Numbered from the stretch's first letter, positions 35,311 to 44,699 are shown. The stretch is DNA of 45,067 bases from Fidelibacterota bacterium REDSEA-S14_B6 (GCA_001626655.1 LUOC01000124.1:1-45067), one strand, 5' to 3'. Translations and numbers: made by a program. Notes: a model not told the origin generated them from the letters alone.

Positions 35311-36912
35311 TTAATTCGCCATCATCTCCTGCCGGACCAGCTCCACGGGGATATGCCCCGCCCTGTTGAACTGATCCAAGAACTCCTTCAGCCTGAATTC
35401 CTTCCCCTCCGTTTCTAATTTTTCCGCATACTGTGTCATGAGGTTTTCGATGAGGTATTTTCCTGTGATGTAACAGGTGCCATACCCGGGTTGACGGAGA
35501 TAGAGGTGCTGCTCAAACTGAAGCAGGTGAGGCTCCCGTTCCATCCATCCCCGAGGCGTCCATTTCACATGAACCTGCCCCGCCTCCGCCATGGTCATGA
35601 TGTTGGCGTGGGCGTACAGGGACCCCAATCCCCGTGCTGCCCGCTGGGCCAGCATGATCCAGACAATCTCCCGTGACCGGGGACTGTCGTCGTAGAGTCC
35701 GGCATGCATGAACATCTCCTCCACGGCGGTGGCAATCCCCTCACTCTTGGAGTCATACATATTATAAAGGGACGGTTCCCGGCGAATGGGGTTGGGGTGG
35801 GGGTTGTCCCGAACTTCCGCCAGATCGAACCAGTGATAAAAGTGGGAGTAGAGAGGCAGGGGGTCCATGTGGAGACCGATGGAGAAAAAGTTCCGCTTGT
35901 CCTTCGGTGCATACTTTCCCATGTGCTCCCGGAGGGCCGGCTCCATGTTGTCCTTGATCACCATAATATCATTCTCTTTCAGGAACCGCATCATCCGCTG
36001 GACGCCCTTCTCCGTCAGTTCGGCAAACTGTTCCGGCGTGTCGGCCGATTGCAGGGGAGGCAAATGTTTGTTCCTCTCCTCCTCCAATTTCAGTGAAGAC
36101 CACGCCCGATCCAACTCCCGCTGAAGGAGCTGCGCCTCCTCCTCCCATGTCAAGGGGACGAGGTGGACGTTCTGCTGGTACCATGAATAGTTGTCCTTCC
36201 CGATCCCCGATGGTCCTCTCTTTTTGGGCGCTTCCTTTTCCAGCCATTCTATAAACGCACCGTTTGCCCCTTGGGCTTTCTTAACAGTAGTTAACAGTTT
36301 TTCGTCGGCGCTGTTCTTGTGATGCCTTTGAAGTTGTTCTTCAATAGTTTTCAGATTTTTGCCCTGATCGCGGATGTCGTTGATCCCCGCCACCCACAGG
36401 TCCCGGGCGTCGCCGGTTAAGTTCTCCCTGGCCTGCTTGAGGAAAGACGGGATCAGTGCAAGCTCCCTAAGAACCCTCTCTTTTGCTTCACCTTTGAGCG
36501 GAAAAGTATACTGCCAGTACTCCAATAAGGCGTGGTTGGTGGGACCTTCATGGGCCGGGACATCGCTCTGGTACATCCAGACTGTCTGATAAAAAGCGGG
36601 ATCCCTCTCCCACGGCTTGAGGGCGCGGCGGTTGAAATCGTAACCGTTCATCTCCGCTTCCACGATTTGCCAGTCCACCCGCATCGGTACGGGCCACCCC
36701 GTGGTGTCAATGGCCACCAGCCTTTTCTGGAGCACTTTGAACGGGCGTTGCCGCTTCCTGAATTGACGTTTTGTATAGTCCGGCGCCCCGTTCAATAACG
36801 GGGGTTTTTCGAATGCCCGCCACTCCTGGAACAGCGCCTGTAGATCATTATAGTTGCCCGGTGTCTGGCCCGCTAAAACACCGACAAGTAGAGTAGTGAC
36901 GAATCTGTTCAT
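35311..36912 (-). CDS. DUF885 family protein
   Basis: The length and the C-terminal blocks (GIATAVEEMFMHAGLYDD, EQHLYLRQPGYGTCYITG, FLDQFNRAGHIPVELV) fit the DUF885 pattern recalled from memory. Confidence 0.7.
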   Translation of the reverse strand: MNRFVTTLLVGVLAGQTPGNYNDLQALFQEWRAFEKPPLLNGAPDYTKRQFRKRQRPFKVLQKRLVAIDTTGWPVPMRVDWQIVEAEMNGYDFNRRALKPWERDPAFYQTVWMYQSDVPAHEGPTNHALLEYWQYTFPLKGEAKERVLRELALIPSFLKQARENLTGDARDLWVAGINDIRDQGKNLKTIEEQLQRHHKNSADEKLLTTVKKAQGANGAFIEWLEKEAPKKRGPSGIGKDNYSWYQQNVHLVPLTWEEEAQLLQRELDRAWSSLKLEEERNKHLPPLQSADTPEQFAELTEKGVQRMMRFLKENDIMVIKDNMEPALREHMGKYAPKDKRNFFSIGLHMDPLPLYSHFYHWFDLAEVRDNPHPNPIRREPSLYNMYDSKSEGIATAVEEMFMHAGLYDDSPRSREIVWIMLAQRAARGLGSLYAHANIMTMAEAGQVHVKWTPRGWMEREPHLLQFEQHLYLRQPGYGTCYITGKYLIENLMTQYAEKLETEGKEFRLKEFLDQFNRAGHIPVELVRQEMMAN

Positions 36913-36931
36913 CGTGCCGCCAGCAAGTTTT

Positions 36932-37621
36932 TCATGCTTCCTCCAAATAGGTGTCTATCGATTCCATCAGCTCATCAATATTCTTGATGTGCCGCTCTAA
37001 AATCCGTAGCAAAAACGCCCTGATTCCCTGTTGGTCAAAGAGGTAAGCCAAAACAACCTGATCAGCGAGAAACTGTTCCATCTCTTTTCCAAGACCGTTC
37101 AGGGCGGGGTTCAACAGCGCTGGATGATTCTCGATGAGATAGTCTTTGAACCTTCGATACAAGTATCGATTGTTTTCAGCGCCTTCCTTGATGTGATCTT
37201 GCGCTACTTGAAATGTAAAATTGATTTCTTCTTTCAGGTCACTGTCGGGAATCAGCGCCAAACTGCCGTCGCTGCGTAAGCTATTGTAGACTGTTCTGGG
37301 CGGGTGGAAAGCATAATAACCGGTCAACCTCAGCATGAGCTGTCGACCCTCAAACTCCAAGTTGACCAGAGAGTCGGCATTGTTGCTTCCCCAGTTGTTG
37401 ACAATAGTGTCAACTATTTCATTGTCGTTTGTTATGGCAGAAATTCGGATGCTAGAATATTCTCTGTCGCCGACCAATTCCTCTTTCAAGCTCTTCAGTG
37501 TGCTGGCAGCTTTCTCTCTGTTCAGTAATTCCGTGCGGTAATCATCCACCCAAAGGGAGCCGGTAATACCTAATAGCACCGCCAAAAACTCAATGCCCCC
37601 GCGGGCGAGAAGATTTTTTAT
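36932..37621 (-). CDS. DUF6090-like single-pass membrane protein (paralog B) with apparent ATA at the start position
   Basis: (I)KNLLARGGIEFLAVLLGITGSLWVDDY aligns with the paralog C N-terminus. An in-frame TAA at 37636-34 is followed by AAGGAGG, then ATA at 37621. The first canonical start (TTG 37585) would cut the TM helix. Confidence 0.45.
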   Translation of the reverse strand: MKNLLARGGIEFLAVLLGITGSLWVDDYRTELLNREKAASTLKSLKEELVGDREYSSIRISAITNDNEIVDTIVNNWGSNNADSLVNLEFEGRQLMLRLTGYYAFHPPRTVYNSLRSDGSLALIPDSDLKEEINFTFQVAQDHIKEGAENNRYLYRRFKDYLIENHPALLNPALNGLGKEMEQFLADQVVLAYLFDQQGIRAFLLRILERHIKNIDELMESIDTYLEEA

Positions 37622-37640
37622 TTCGTCGCCTCCTTATTTA

Positions 37641-39521
37641 TCAGCCGAACCGTTCTCTGTGGATTCGCTCCACCTCTTCCGGCTTCACCGGTTCGGAGAG
37701 TCCCATCTGGAAGGCGAGAAACCACATGACAAATATCCCGTAAGCTAGGAACAGTAGCTGCCACACCCAGAGCGACGGCAGTCCGAATGGTGCCCACGTG
37801 GCGGGGTTGTTCGGGTCCGAGAAGAGGCTGTTACCGATGGTGGCGAAGGGGCCGAATCCTACGAGAAACCAGATGAGCGTCAATCCCCATGCCAGTGATA
37901 TCTTCTTCTTTCTCTCCGGCGTCATCCCGGAAACGGCCTGGAGGAATGCGTGACGTTTCTCTTTGCGGTCCCGGTCGTCCTCTCCATCGCCTGACAGTTT
38001 GGACACTGCCAGCGCCACCACCAGATTAAACAGTATCCCCCAGCCGGCGCTGTGGATCGTCAGTGGATAGGCACCCCACGGCACACCGAACCAGACGGAG
38101 GTCCTGTCTGTGAGCGTGACGGCGATGAGGCCCGCCGCCAAGCCAGCAACGACGCCTTTCCGCGTGAGCCATGGAAAATAGCAGACACCCATGAGGGCGG
38201 GATACATCTGAAAGCCGTACGCCACGGCGAGGCCTCCCAGCATAACAATGGCAGAGGTGGACTTGGCCGCCACCACAAGGGCCGCCACGGTGACAACCAC
38301 GACCATCAATCTTCCGCCGAACTTTTGCGCGCTGTCCGAAGCGTCTGGATTAATGTATCGCTTATAGATGTCCCGCGTTACCATAGCGCTGAAAGTGGAC
38401 ATGTACGCCGCCCCCGTGCTCTGCATGGCCGCCAGTGCGCAGACAGCCAGAAGTCCCATCAGCCACGGCGTCGAAGCAGAGAGGAGATTGATCAGTTGAG
38501 GGACGAGGTTCTTGTCATCGGCGCTCTCGATAACACCGTTCGCGATAAGTACGTGTCCCCCCATTCCCTGAATAATCGTGAACGTGAAGAGTATAATTCC
38601 GATCACCACCGACGATGCCGCCACTTGCTGCCACCGGAACGGTTTGCTCGTCTTGTTTGAAAATGCCCACATGGAGAAAGCGGGCGACGACTGAATCCCC
38701 ATCAGGGCGAACATGTAGGTCATGCACATGATGCCTGTCCACGTTCCGCCGGAAGCCTTGCTTCCGGCCGACACCATCTGAATACTGCCCGGAATCGCCA
38801 CGGCCGGCGAATGCCCCGCCGGCGTCAGGTTGCCGTTTGAGGCGAGATCGGTCCGAACATAATCGGCCATGCCGGAAACAAAGCCGGACCACCCGCCGGA
38901 AAAATGGATGGCGATACCACCGAGAATACAGATGCCGAGAGCAAGCAGAATGCACTGAACGCAGTCCACGTACGCTACGGAGCGGAGTCCCCCGGAGGCG
39001 ACATAGATCACCACCACCGCCGACAGGGCGAACATCCCGAAGTTCACGCTCACCAGCCCGTCTGTCAGCACGTTGAACAGGTCTCCGGATGCCCTCAACT
39101 GAACGCCGAGATATGGCACGCTGAACAGAAACGCCACCAGCACGGTGAGAAGGCGAATGGCGTTTCCGCCGTAGTAGTCGCTGTACATCTCTCCCGGCGT
39201 AATGTAGTGAAACGCCCTCCCCAACACCCACTGACGCCTCAAGAAAAGCACGCCTGTAAACGGGATCGTCAACGCATAGAAAGAGGCAAATGCGTAGGGG
39301 AGGCCGTCGGTGAAGATCTTGCCCGGGTGCCCCACGAACGTCCATCCACTGAAACTGGTGGCCGTAGCGGCAAGCACAAATACCCACATGCCGATGGATC
39401 GCCCCGCCAGAAAATAGTCGGTAGAGGTGCGGGCGCTCCTCGCGCCCTTGATCCCCCAGAAAAGACAGTAAGCCCAGTAGAGGCCTACGAACGTCATCAA
39501 CCATACAAGCTTGGGACTCAT
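37641..39521 (-). CDS. sodium:solute symporter (SSS) family transporter
   Basis: TDYFLAGRSIG motif, about 13-14 TM helices, 626 aa. Confidence 0.85.
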   Translation of the reverse strand: MSPKLVWLMTFVGLYWAYCLFWGIKGARSARTSTDYFLAGRSIGMWVFVLAATATSFSGWTFVGHPGKIFTDGLPYAFASFYALTIPFTGVLFLRRQWVLGRAFHYITPGEMYSDYYGGNAIRLLTVLVAFLFSVPYLGVQLRASGDLFNVLTDGLVSVNFGMFALSAVVVIYVASGGLRSVAYVDCVQCILLALGICILGGIAIHFSGGWSGFVSGMADYVRTDLASNGNLTPAGHSPAVAIPGSIQMVSAGSKASGGTWTGIMCMTYMFALMGIQSSPAFSMWAFSNKTSKPFRWQQVAASSVVIGIILFTFTIIQGMGGHVLIANGVIESADDKNLVPQLINLLSASTPWLMGLLAVCALAAMQSTGAAYMSTFSAMVTRDIYKRYINPDASDSAQKFGGRLMVVVVTVAALVVAAKSTSAIVMLGGLAVAYGFQMYPALMGVCYFPWLTRKGVVAGLAAGLIAVTLTDRTSVWFGVPWGAYPLTIHSAGWGILFNLVVALAVSKLSGDGEDDRDRKEKRHAFLQAVSGMTPERKKKISLAWGLTLIWFLVGFGPFATIGNSLFSDPNNPATWAPFGLPSLWVWQLLFLAYGIFVMWFLAFQMGLSEPVKPEEVERIHRERFG

Positions 39522-39698
39522 CGTCGTTTTCTCCCCAGTGAATTGACAGGAAGTCTACCGGATCGCCTGTAAAGAGTCAAGACTTTCTTCGGGACAAAAT
39601 GGTTCTGGAAGCGAGCGGTGAATATTAGATTTTGCCCCTTTAGTGGAGATGAAAAACGTGACCGTCCTGAAAGGGAGAAAGCAGTGGCTGTAGGGGGA

Positions 39699-40277
39699 AT
39701 GAGTTTCGCCCTGCTGTTCCTCATTTACTATTTTGTAAAGAGAACGGCTGCCGAGCAGAACCTCGATCTCGACTATTCCGTCGAATTCCATCCCCGCCGA
39801 ACCACTGTTTCGGCGACCATGGATATGGATGCGCCGCCCGATATCGTCTGGAAGGCGCTCACAGATATGTCGAATTACCGGTTGTGGCTTCCGTGGATTC
39901 ACCGCGTCCGCGTTACGAACCACGAGGTCGACAGATGGGTTCACAAACATTCGCTCCTCAAGTACAACATAGAGGTGGGGAACCGCTTTGAAATTCAGCC
40001 ATTCTTCGGGGCGCCCTATACCAGTTGCAGGTTTATTACCATTGATCCGGAAAAGACGCTGGCTATGGAGATGCGGTTTTTCCCTTTCAATAGGGAGCTG
40101 GTCACCTTTACGCTGACCCCTTTCAAGAATTGTGTTGAGGTGACCTACACCTCTACCAACAGCACCCTGCTGAACTTTATTACCGCCTCCATGTTTTCAT
40201 GGCAGGGGAAGGATGTTCTCAAGAACCTGATTGAAGCGCTTCCGGAAGTTGAGCTCGAAGAAGACACCGCCTCGTGA
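39699..40277 (+). CDS. membrane-anchored SRPBCC (START/polyketide cyclase-like) domain protein
   Basis: TM helix MSFALLFLIYYFV, then DAPPDIVWKALTDMSNYRLWLPWI... typical of the SRPBCC N-terminal strand and helix. I chose ATG 39699 after GGGGGA. Confidence 0.6.
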   Translation: MSFALLFLIYYFVKRTAAEQNLDLDYSVEFHPRRTTVSATMDMDAPPDIVWKALTDMSNYRLWLPWIHRVRVTNHEVDRWVHKHSLLKYNIEVGNRFEIQPFFGAPYTSCRFITIDPEKTLAMEMRFFPFNRELVTFTLTPFKNCVEVTYTSTNSTLLNFITASMFSWQGKDVLKNLIEALPEVELEEDTAS

Positions 40278-40975
40278 AGGCGAAGCGTGCTGGCTCCCCT
40301 CCCGAAACCACTCCAGATGCAGTGACAGCGGTGAATCAATTTCTCAGCGGCGGCTCCGCTCCGGCAACAGAAGCCACTCCGACCGCTCCCGCAGTGGACG
40401 TTCCGGAAGAGATCCGCGTCAGTCAGTATGTTCTCAAGGGACTCGACGGCGACATGGATCTTATCAATGCCATCGACGACCGTGTCTTCCGGGCGAAAGT
40501 GAAGTCAGCCCTGACAAAAGCTAAACGCACCGGGGAGCGTCCTGAAATTCCGCCGGACACACCGCCTTTGGGTGGCGAGGCAACGCCTGCTGCACCAGTA
40601 CCGGCCGCGGCTCCACCACAGGCCATGGATGAGGAGACGCTCATCAACACTTATGTTTCCAACGCCATGAAGGGCGACGAAGAAGCCATCGCGGCTATAG
40701 AAGATCGCATCCTCAGGGCGAAGGTGAAGTCGGCGTTGGTGAAAGCAAAACGGACAGGTGTTGCCCCGGAAGTTCCGGAAGCGGCACCCCCAACTCAGGC
40801 GCCAGCTGCCGAAACGACAGACGCTCCGACCGCGGACGGCCCCGACGCTATTATCGAGCAGGCTGTCCAGGCCGCCCTTGAAGGGAACATGGACCTCATT
40901 AACGGAATCGAAGACCGTGTTCTGAGGGGCAAGGCAAAGTCGGCTTTAGTTAAAGCCAAGCGGGCCAAAAACTAA
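40274..40975 (+). CDS. hypothetical protein with three ~43-aa basic helical repeats separated by Pro/Ala-rich linkers
   Basis: GTG overlaps the upstream stop (GTGA). Repeats: ...DLINAIDDRVFRAKVKSALTKAKRTG, ...AIAAIEDRILRAKVKSALVKAKRTG, ...DLINGIEDRVLRGKAKSALVKAKRAKN. Confidence 0.55.
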   Translation: MKAKRAGSPPETTPDAVTAVNQFLSGGSAPATEATPTAPAVDVPEEIRVSQYVLKGLDGDMDLINAIDDRVFRAKVKSALTKAKRTGERPEIPPDTPPLGGEATPAAPVPAAAPPQAMDEETLINTYVSNAMKGDEEAIAAIEDRILRAKVKSALVKAKRTGVAPEVPEAAPPTQAPAAETTDAPTADGPDAIIEQAVQAALEGNMDLINGIEDRVLRGKAKSALVKAKRAKN

Positions 40976-40978
40976 GAG

Positions 40979-41012
40979 CCCTACCAGGTTCGGGACAGCC
41001 TGTTAGGTTTCT
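40979..41012. terminator. possible bidirectional terminator hairpin between convergent genes
   Basis: CCTACCAGG N11 CCTGTTAGG (8 of 9 pairs) followed by TTTCTCT. It overlaps the stop of the minus-strand esterase gene. Confidence 0.3.
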
Positions 41013-41626
41013 CTAAGCAAAAATTCCCTTATATCGTCAATCTCGTCCGGCACGATCTGGTGTGCCATGGGATACTCCCGCCACGTGAGCTCGAAGCCCG
41101 CCTTTTTCAGAACGTGAAGTGACTCCTTTGATCTTTGGAATGGAAGTATCGGGTCATACAGTCCGTGGGCTGCAAAGATTGGAATCTCCGTCGCCAAATA
41201 ACTCCTCCCTCTCACCCTGTCACCATCCATGAGGAACCCGCTCAGCGCGACCACTGCGGCTACCTTCTCGTCCCAGTGAAGCATTACATCAAGACACATT
41301 CCGGCGCCTTGTGAAAACCCCAGAAGGATGATCTGGTCAGAGCCAAAACCTTTCGCTTTAATTCCTTCCAAATGGGATATGAGGATTTCCCTGCTGGCCA
41401 CTCTCTCCCGCTCAGAGCTTTCGGTGAGAGGAAACGTGAACCACCCCTTCCCCGCGCCTCCCGTCCCCGGCACGTCGTACGGAGCGTCAGGAAAAAAGCA
41501 GTGGAAGTCTGCCAGTTTCAGGCTCTGCGCCAGCGGTACCAAATCGTGCTGGTTCGCGCCCCAGCCGTGAAGCACGAGAAGGGCTTTGCTCGCCGCCTCA
41601 CCCCCCGCGGGAGGAAGCTCAAACAA
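41003..41626 (-). CDS. alpha/beta hydrolase, phospholipase/carboxylesterase family
   Basis: LVLHGWGAN, nucleophile elbow GFSQGAGM and a late His (MAHQI). 207 aa. Confidence 0.8.
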   Translation of the reverse strand: MFELPPAGGEAASKALLVLHGWGANQHDLVPLAQSLKLADFHCFFPDAPYDVPGTGGAGKGWFTFPLTESSERERVASREILISHLEGIKAKGFGSDQIILLGFSQGAGMCLDVMLHWDEKVAAVVALSGFLMDGDRVRGRSYLATEIPIFAAHGLYDPILPFQRSKESLHVLKKAGFELTWREYPMAHQIVPDEIDDIREFLLRET

Positions 41627-42074
41627 CGGCGTTCACCTTATATTGAAACTGATATATTCCCTCTTCCTTGCTCACTGTGATCCTCTTCTCAAACGTTAGG
41701 TCAACTTCTGAATCGAGGTGGTAAAAAAGGGGAATTGCGTCCGAGCGAAATATGAACGGGTGGAAGGTGAGATAAACGTGTGTCAGGTGCGGCGCGAATC
41801 TGCTGTAAGTCCGGGCGCCGCCAATAATGAAACAGCTCTCCGTTCTCACCTGTGCGAGAACATCCTCCGGATTCATCTCCCTGTGCATGATCACTACCTC
41901 CCTGCCGTCCAGATCGGTGGCCAGTGTCGCCTCCGTGTGTGATCCCATCACCACTGTATGTCCCATTGTCTGTTACCTGAAAAGGGCGAGGTCCGCTGAC
42001 CAGTTAACTGTCTCGTTGGCGTGGCGGGCGATCATGCCGTTAGCGGTCACGGCGGCGGTCAGTATTACATCCAC
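41619..42074 (-). pseudogene. folA: dihydrofolate reductase-like gene interrupted by an in-frame TAA (41973-41975)
   Basis: GTG 42074 begins VDVILTAAVTANGMIA...NWSADLALFR * QTMGHTVVMGSHT ... FIIGGARTYSRF..HVYLT. This aligns with E. coli FolA [22 protein letters not shown] and VIGGGRVYEQF..KLYLT. Both track ORFs are in the same frame. Confidence 0.7.
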
Positions 42075-42078
42075 TGCG

Positions 42079-43416
42079 TTAGTTGGATTCGCCCACGGTG
42101 CCGGCAACCACAGTGATCCGCTTTCCGGGATCGCAGTACGTTCGGATCGCCTCGTTAACCTGATCCAAGGTAAGGGCAGAAATAATCTGAGGGTACTCAT
42201 CCATAAAAGAGAGTTCCTTACCCCGCTCCACCGTTGTCAGAATCCGTGTTGCCAGCCCGACGGTGGTGTCGAGCCCCACCTGATACATGCCCGTAATGGT
42301 TGTTTTCTTTGAGGCGAGCTCTTCTTCTGTCACCCCTTTCTTGTACCACAAGTCAAGCTGTTTGTCTATCGACTTTTGTGCCTTTCCAAGATCGTCCGGT
42401 CCAAACGTTCCCCAGATGTACCAGTAGCCGTCGTTACCTTTCTCCACGCCGCCGGTGGTCGCTTGAATACCGTACGTGAGCCCCTCCTGATCTCGCACTG
42501 TTGCCATTAAACGCGCCGAGAAATTCCCCCCAAGAATGAAGTGGCTCATCATAACAGGATAATAATCGTCATGCTCCCGATCGATGCCGATACCGTGGCC
42601 AGTCACCAGGTCGGCGCTACTTTTGTCCGGAATGAATTCCGATGCCTCAACCGCCTTTTTCAGCATGTCAGCTTTCAGACTGTTCTTTTCAATCTTCGCC
42701 GGCGATCTCTCCCACTGTTCAAAGTTTTTGGCTATCTCTGTTTCTATCTCCTTGTGCTCCACGTCTCCAACGAAACAGACGCTCATAGTGCCGAGCCCGT
42801 AATGGTCCGCATGAAACTTTTTCAATTCGTTCGCCGTGACGGAAGCAGTTGCCTCAATCTGTTCGTTCAGGCTTTGCGGACGGTTCGGGTGCTGTTCGGG
42901 ATAGAGCCGCAAGAGAAACGCTTCGATCGCTCGGGTGCGGGTATCTTCTTTCAGTTTCTTGAGCTCCGCCTGGCGGCGCTGGATTGTCGAGCTCAAATCT
43001 TCCTTGTGGAAAGCAGGAGCGGTCAGCTGTTCCGCCAGAAGTTCTATCACCAACGGCATGTCTTTTTTCAGGCATCGGCCGGAAAAGTGAACGTGGTATT
43101 TCCCTGAAGTGAACCCCAGCTTCGCTCCCACCGACTCCAGAGCGGCGGCAATTTCGAACTTGTCTCTTTCCGCTGTCCCCAGGTCCAGCATGGAGGCCGT
43201 CACTTCTGGCACCAGAATATTGCCCGAAGCAAACAGGTCTCCGCCCAACAAGCTTCCACAGAACGCCACCACACTGTCCACTCCTGTCGGCAAAGAGTAG
43301 ACCGTCAACCCTTCCAGCGGAGAGGATGTGGTGACCCTCGGCGCGAGGGCGGCTGGACTATCCGGCGCGGCCACTGGAGGTTGGAACGAAGAAGCCTGTC
43401 GTGCTCTGGTCTTCAA
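42079..43416 (-). CDS. M16 family peptidase, non-catalytic partner subunit (start uncertain)
   Basis: Insulinase-like two-domain layout without HxxEH. It lies downstream of the catalytic paralog. The TTG 43416 start overlaps the upstream gene by 59 nt; GTG 43374 is an alternative. Confidence 0.75.
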   Translation of the reverse strand: MKTRARQASSFQPPVAAPDSPAALAPRVTTSSPLEGLTVYSLPTGVDSVVAFCGSLLGGDLFASGNILVPEVTASMLDLGTAERDKFEIAAALESVGAKLGFTSGKYHVHFSGRCLKKDMPLVIELLAEQLTAPAFHKEDLSSTIQRRQAELKKLKEDTRTRAIEAFLLRLYPEQHPNRPQSLNEQIEATASVTANELKKFHADHYGLGTMSVCFVGDVEHKEIETEIAKNFEQWERSPAKIEKNSLKADMLKKAVEASEFIPDKSSADLVTGHGIGIDREHDDYYPVMMSHFILGGNFSARLMATVRDQEGLTYGIQATTGGVEKGNDGYWYIWGTFGPDDLGKAQKSIDKQLDLWYKKGVTEEELASKKTTITGMYQVGLDTTVGLATRILTTVERGKELSFMDEYPQIISALTLDQVNEAIRTYCDPGKRITVVAGTVGESN

Positions 43417-44662
43417 TCAGGTATGTCTGGGCCATGCGCTGAACGTCCTTCCTCGTCACGCTTTCGATCCTGTCAAGAAATGTTGTGTAAAAAGTCCAAT
43501 CCCCAAGAGCAATCGCTTCGTTCAAATTGCTCGCCACTGAATATGTCCCGTCCCGCGTGAAGGCTGTTTCAGCGCTAATCTGCGATTTCGCACGTTGAGT
43601 TTCTTCATCGCTTACCCCCTTTGCTGAGACCGATTCATACTCCTCCAAGATTCCTCTCTCCACCTCTTCACAGCTCTCATCCCCGGCGATGAACAGATAC
43701 GTGATAAAGAGGCCGTTATCGTGGAGCGGATGAGACCAGACAGTCACATCGGCCGCCACGCCCGTATCTATAAAACGTCTGTAAAACCGGCTCGTTTTCC
43801 CGTGCCCCAGAATGCGGGCGAGGAGTTGAAGGGGGTAAGTGTCGTCGCTGATTCCGGCGGGCATTTTGTGGGCGATACCCACAATCGGCACCTCTCCGGC
43901 CCTCTTTATCATCACTCTCCTTGGCCCTTCCTGACGCGGTTCTTCGGTATACATCTCGGGGATTTCATGGGGCGATTTTTCTATCGAGCCGAGCTGTTCC
44001 TCCAAGAGGCCGAGTGTCTCACCGGCTTCAATGTCCCCAATCACCGAGATAGTGGCATTGTTTGGCCAGTAGAACGTGTCGTAAAACTGCTTGAGGCGTT
44101 CGGTGGGAACGTTCTCAATGTCGGACCTCCAGCCGATGGTTGAGTGATGGTACGGGTGCGCCTGATACGCCGTTGCCCAGATGTTTTTGTCAAGAGCCTC
44201 CCACGGATCGTTTTCTCCTCGCTCAAACTCGTTTCTTACAACAGTCATCTCTGATTGCCTGTCGTCGTCCCGGATAAAAGCGCCCCGCATTCTGTCCGCC
44301 TCAATTTCGATCGCCCGCGGCAGATGCTCCTTCGGAAGCAACTCAAAATAGTTGGTTCTGTCAAACCATGTAGTGGCATTGATCATGGCACCCACATCCT
44401 GAAGCACGTTCCAGATGGCCGTCCCGTCCTCCTTGTTGAACCGGTTCGATCCTTTGAACATCAGGTGCTCCAGAAGGTGCGTCGATCCGGTGTGGCCGAT
44501 CGCTTCGTTCCTTGATCCCACCCTGTATGTTACCATGAAGGTAACCACGGGGGCAGACCTGTTTTCAAGGAGAAGAACTGTCATCTCGTTCCGCTTGTGG
44601 CGATACTCTACAATGCCGCCCGATTCTTTTATCAGCGCAAAGTTATGGTTTCGCTTGTTCAT
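43358..44662 (-). CDS. M16 family zinc peptidase (pitrilysin/insulinase-like), catalytic subunit
   Basis: Inverted zinc motif HLLEH in GSTHLLEHLMFKGS, with downstream E in EIEADRM. Confidence 0.85.
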   Translation of the reverse strand: MNKRNHNFALIKESGGIVEYRHKRNEMTVLLLENRSAPVVTFMVTYRVGSRNEAIGHTGSTHLLEHLMFKGSNRFNKEDGTAIWNVLQDVGAMINATTWFDRTNYFELLPKEHLPRAIEIEADRMRGAFIRDDDRQSEMTVVRNEFERGENDPWEALDKNIWATAYQAHPYHHSTIGWRSDIENVPTERLKQFYDTFYWPNNATISVIGDIEAGETLGLLEEQLGSIEKSPHEIPEMYTEEPRQEGPRRVMIKRAGEVPIVGIAHKMPAGISDDTYPLQLLARILGHGKTSRFYRRFIDTGVAADVTVWSHPLHDNGLFITYLFIAGDESCEEVERGILEEYESVSAKGVSDEETQRAKSQISAETAFTRDGTYSVASNLNEAIALGDWTFYTTFLDRIESVTRKDVQRMAQTYLIEDQSTTGFFVPTSSGRAG

Positions 44663-44699
44663 CAGTTTCGTCTTGGAAGCAGGACCGGAAAGGTAAAAT

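Noticed and set aside
38052-39572. Several 200-330-aa ORFs in other frames or on the other strand within the SSS transporter gene
   Set aside because: The translations are Arg/His/Gly-rich with no motifs. The 626-aa transporter frame explains the region.
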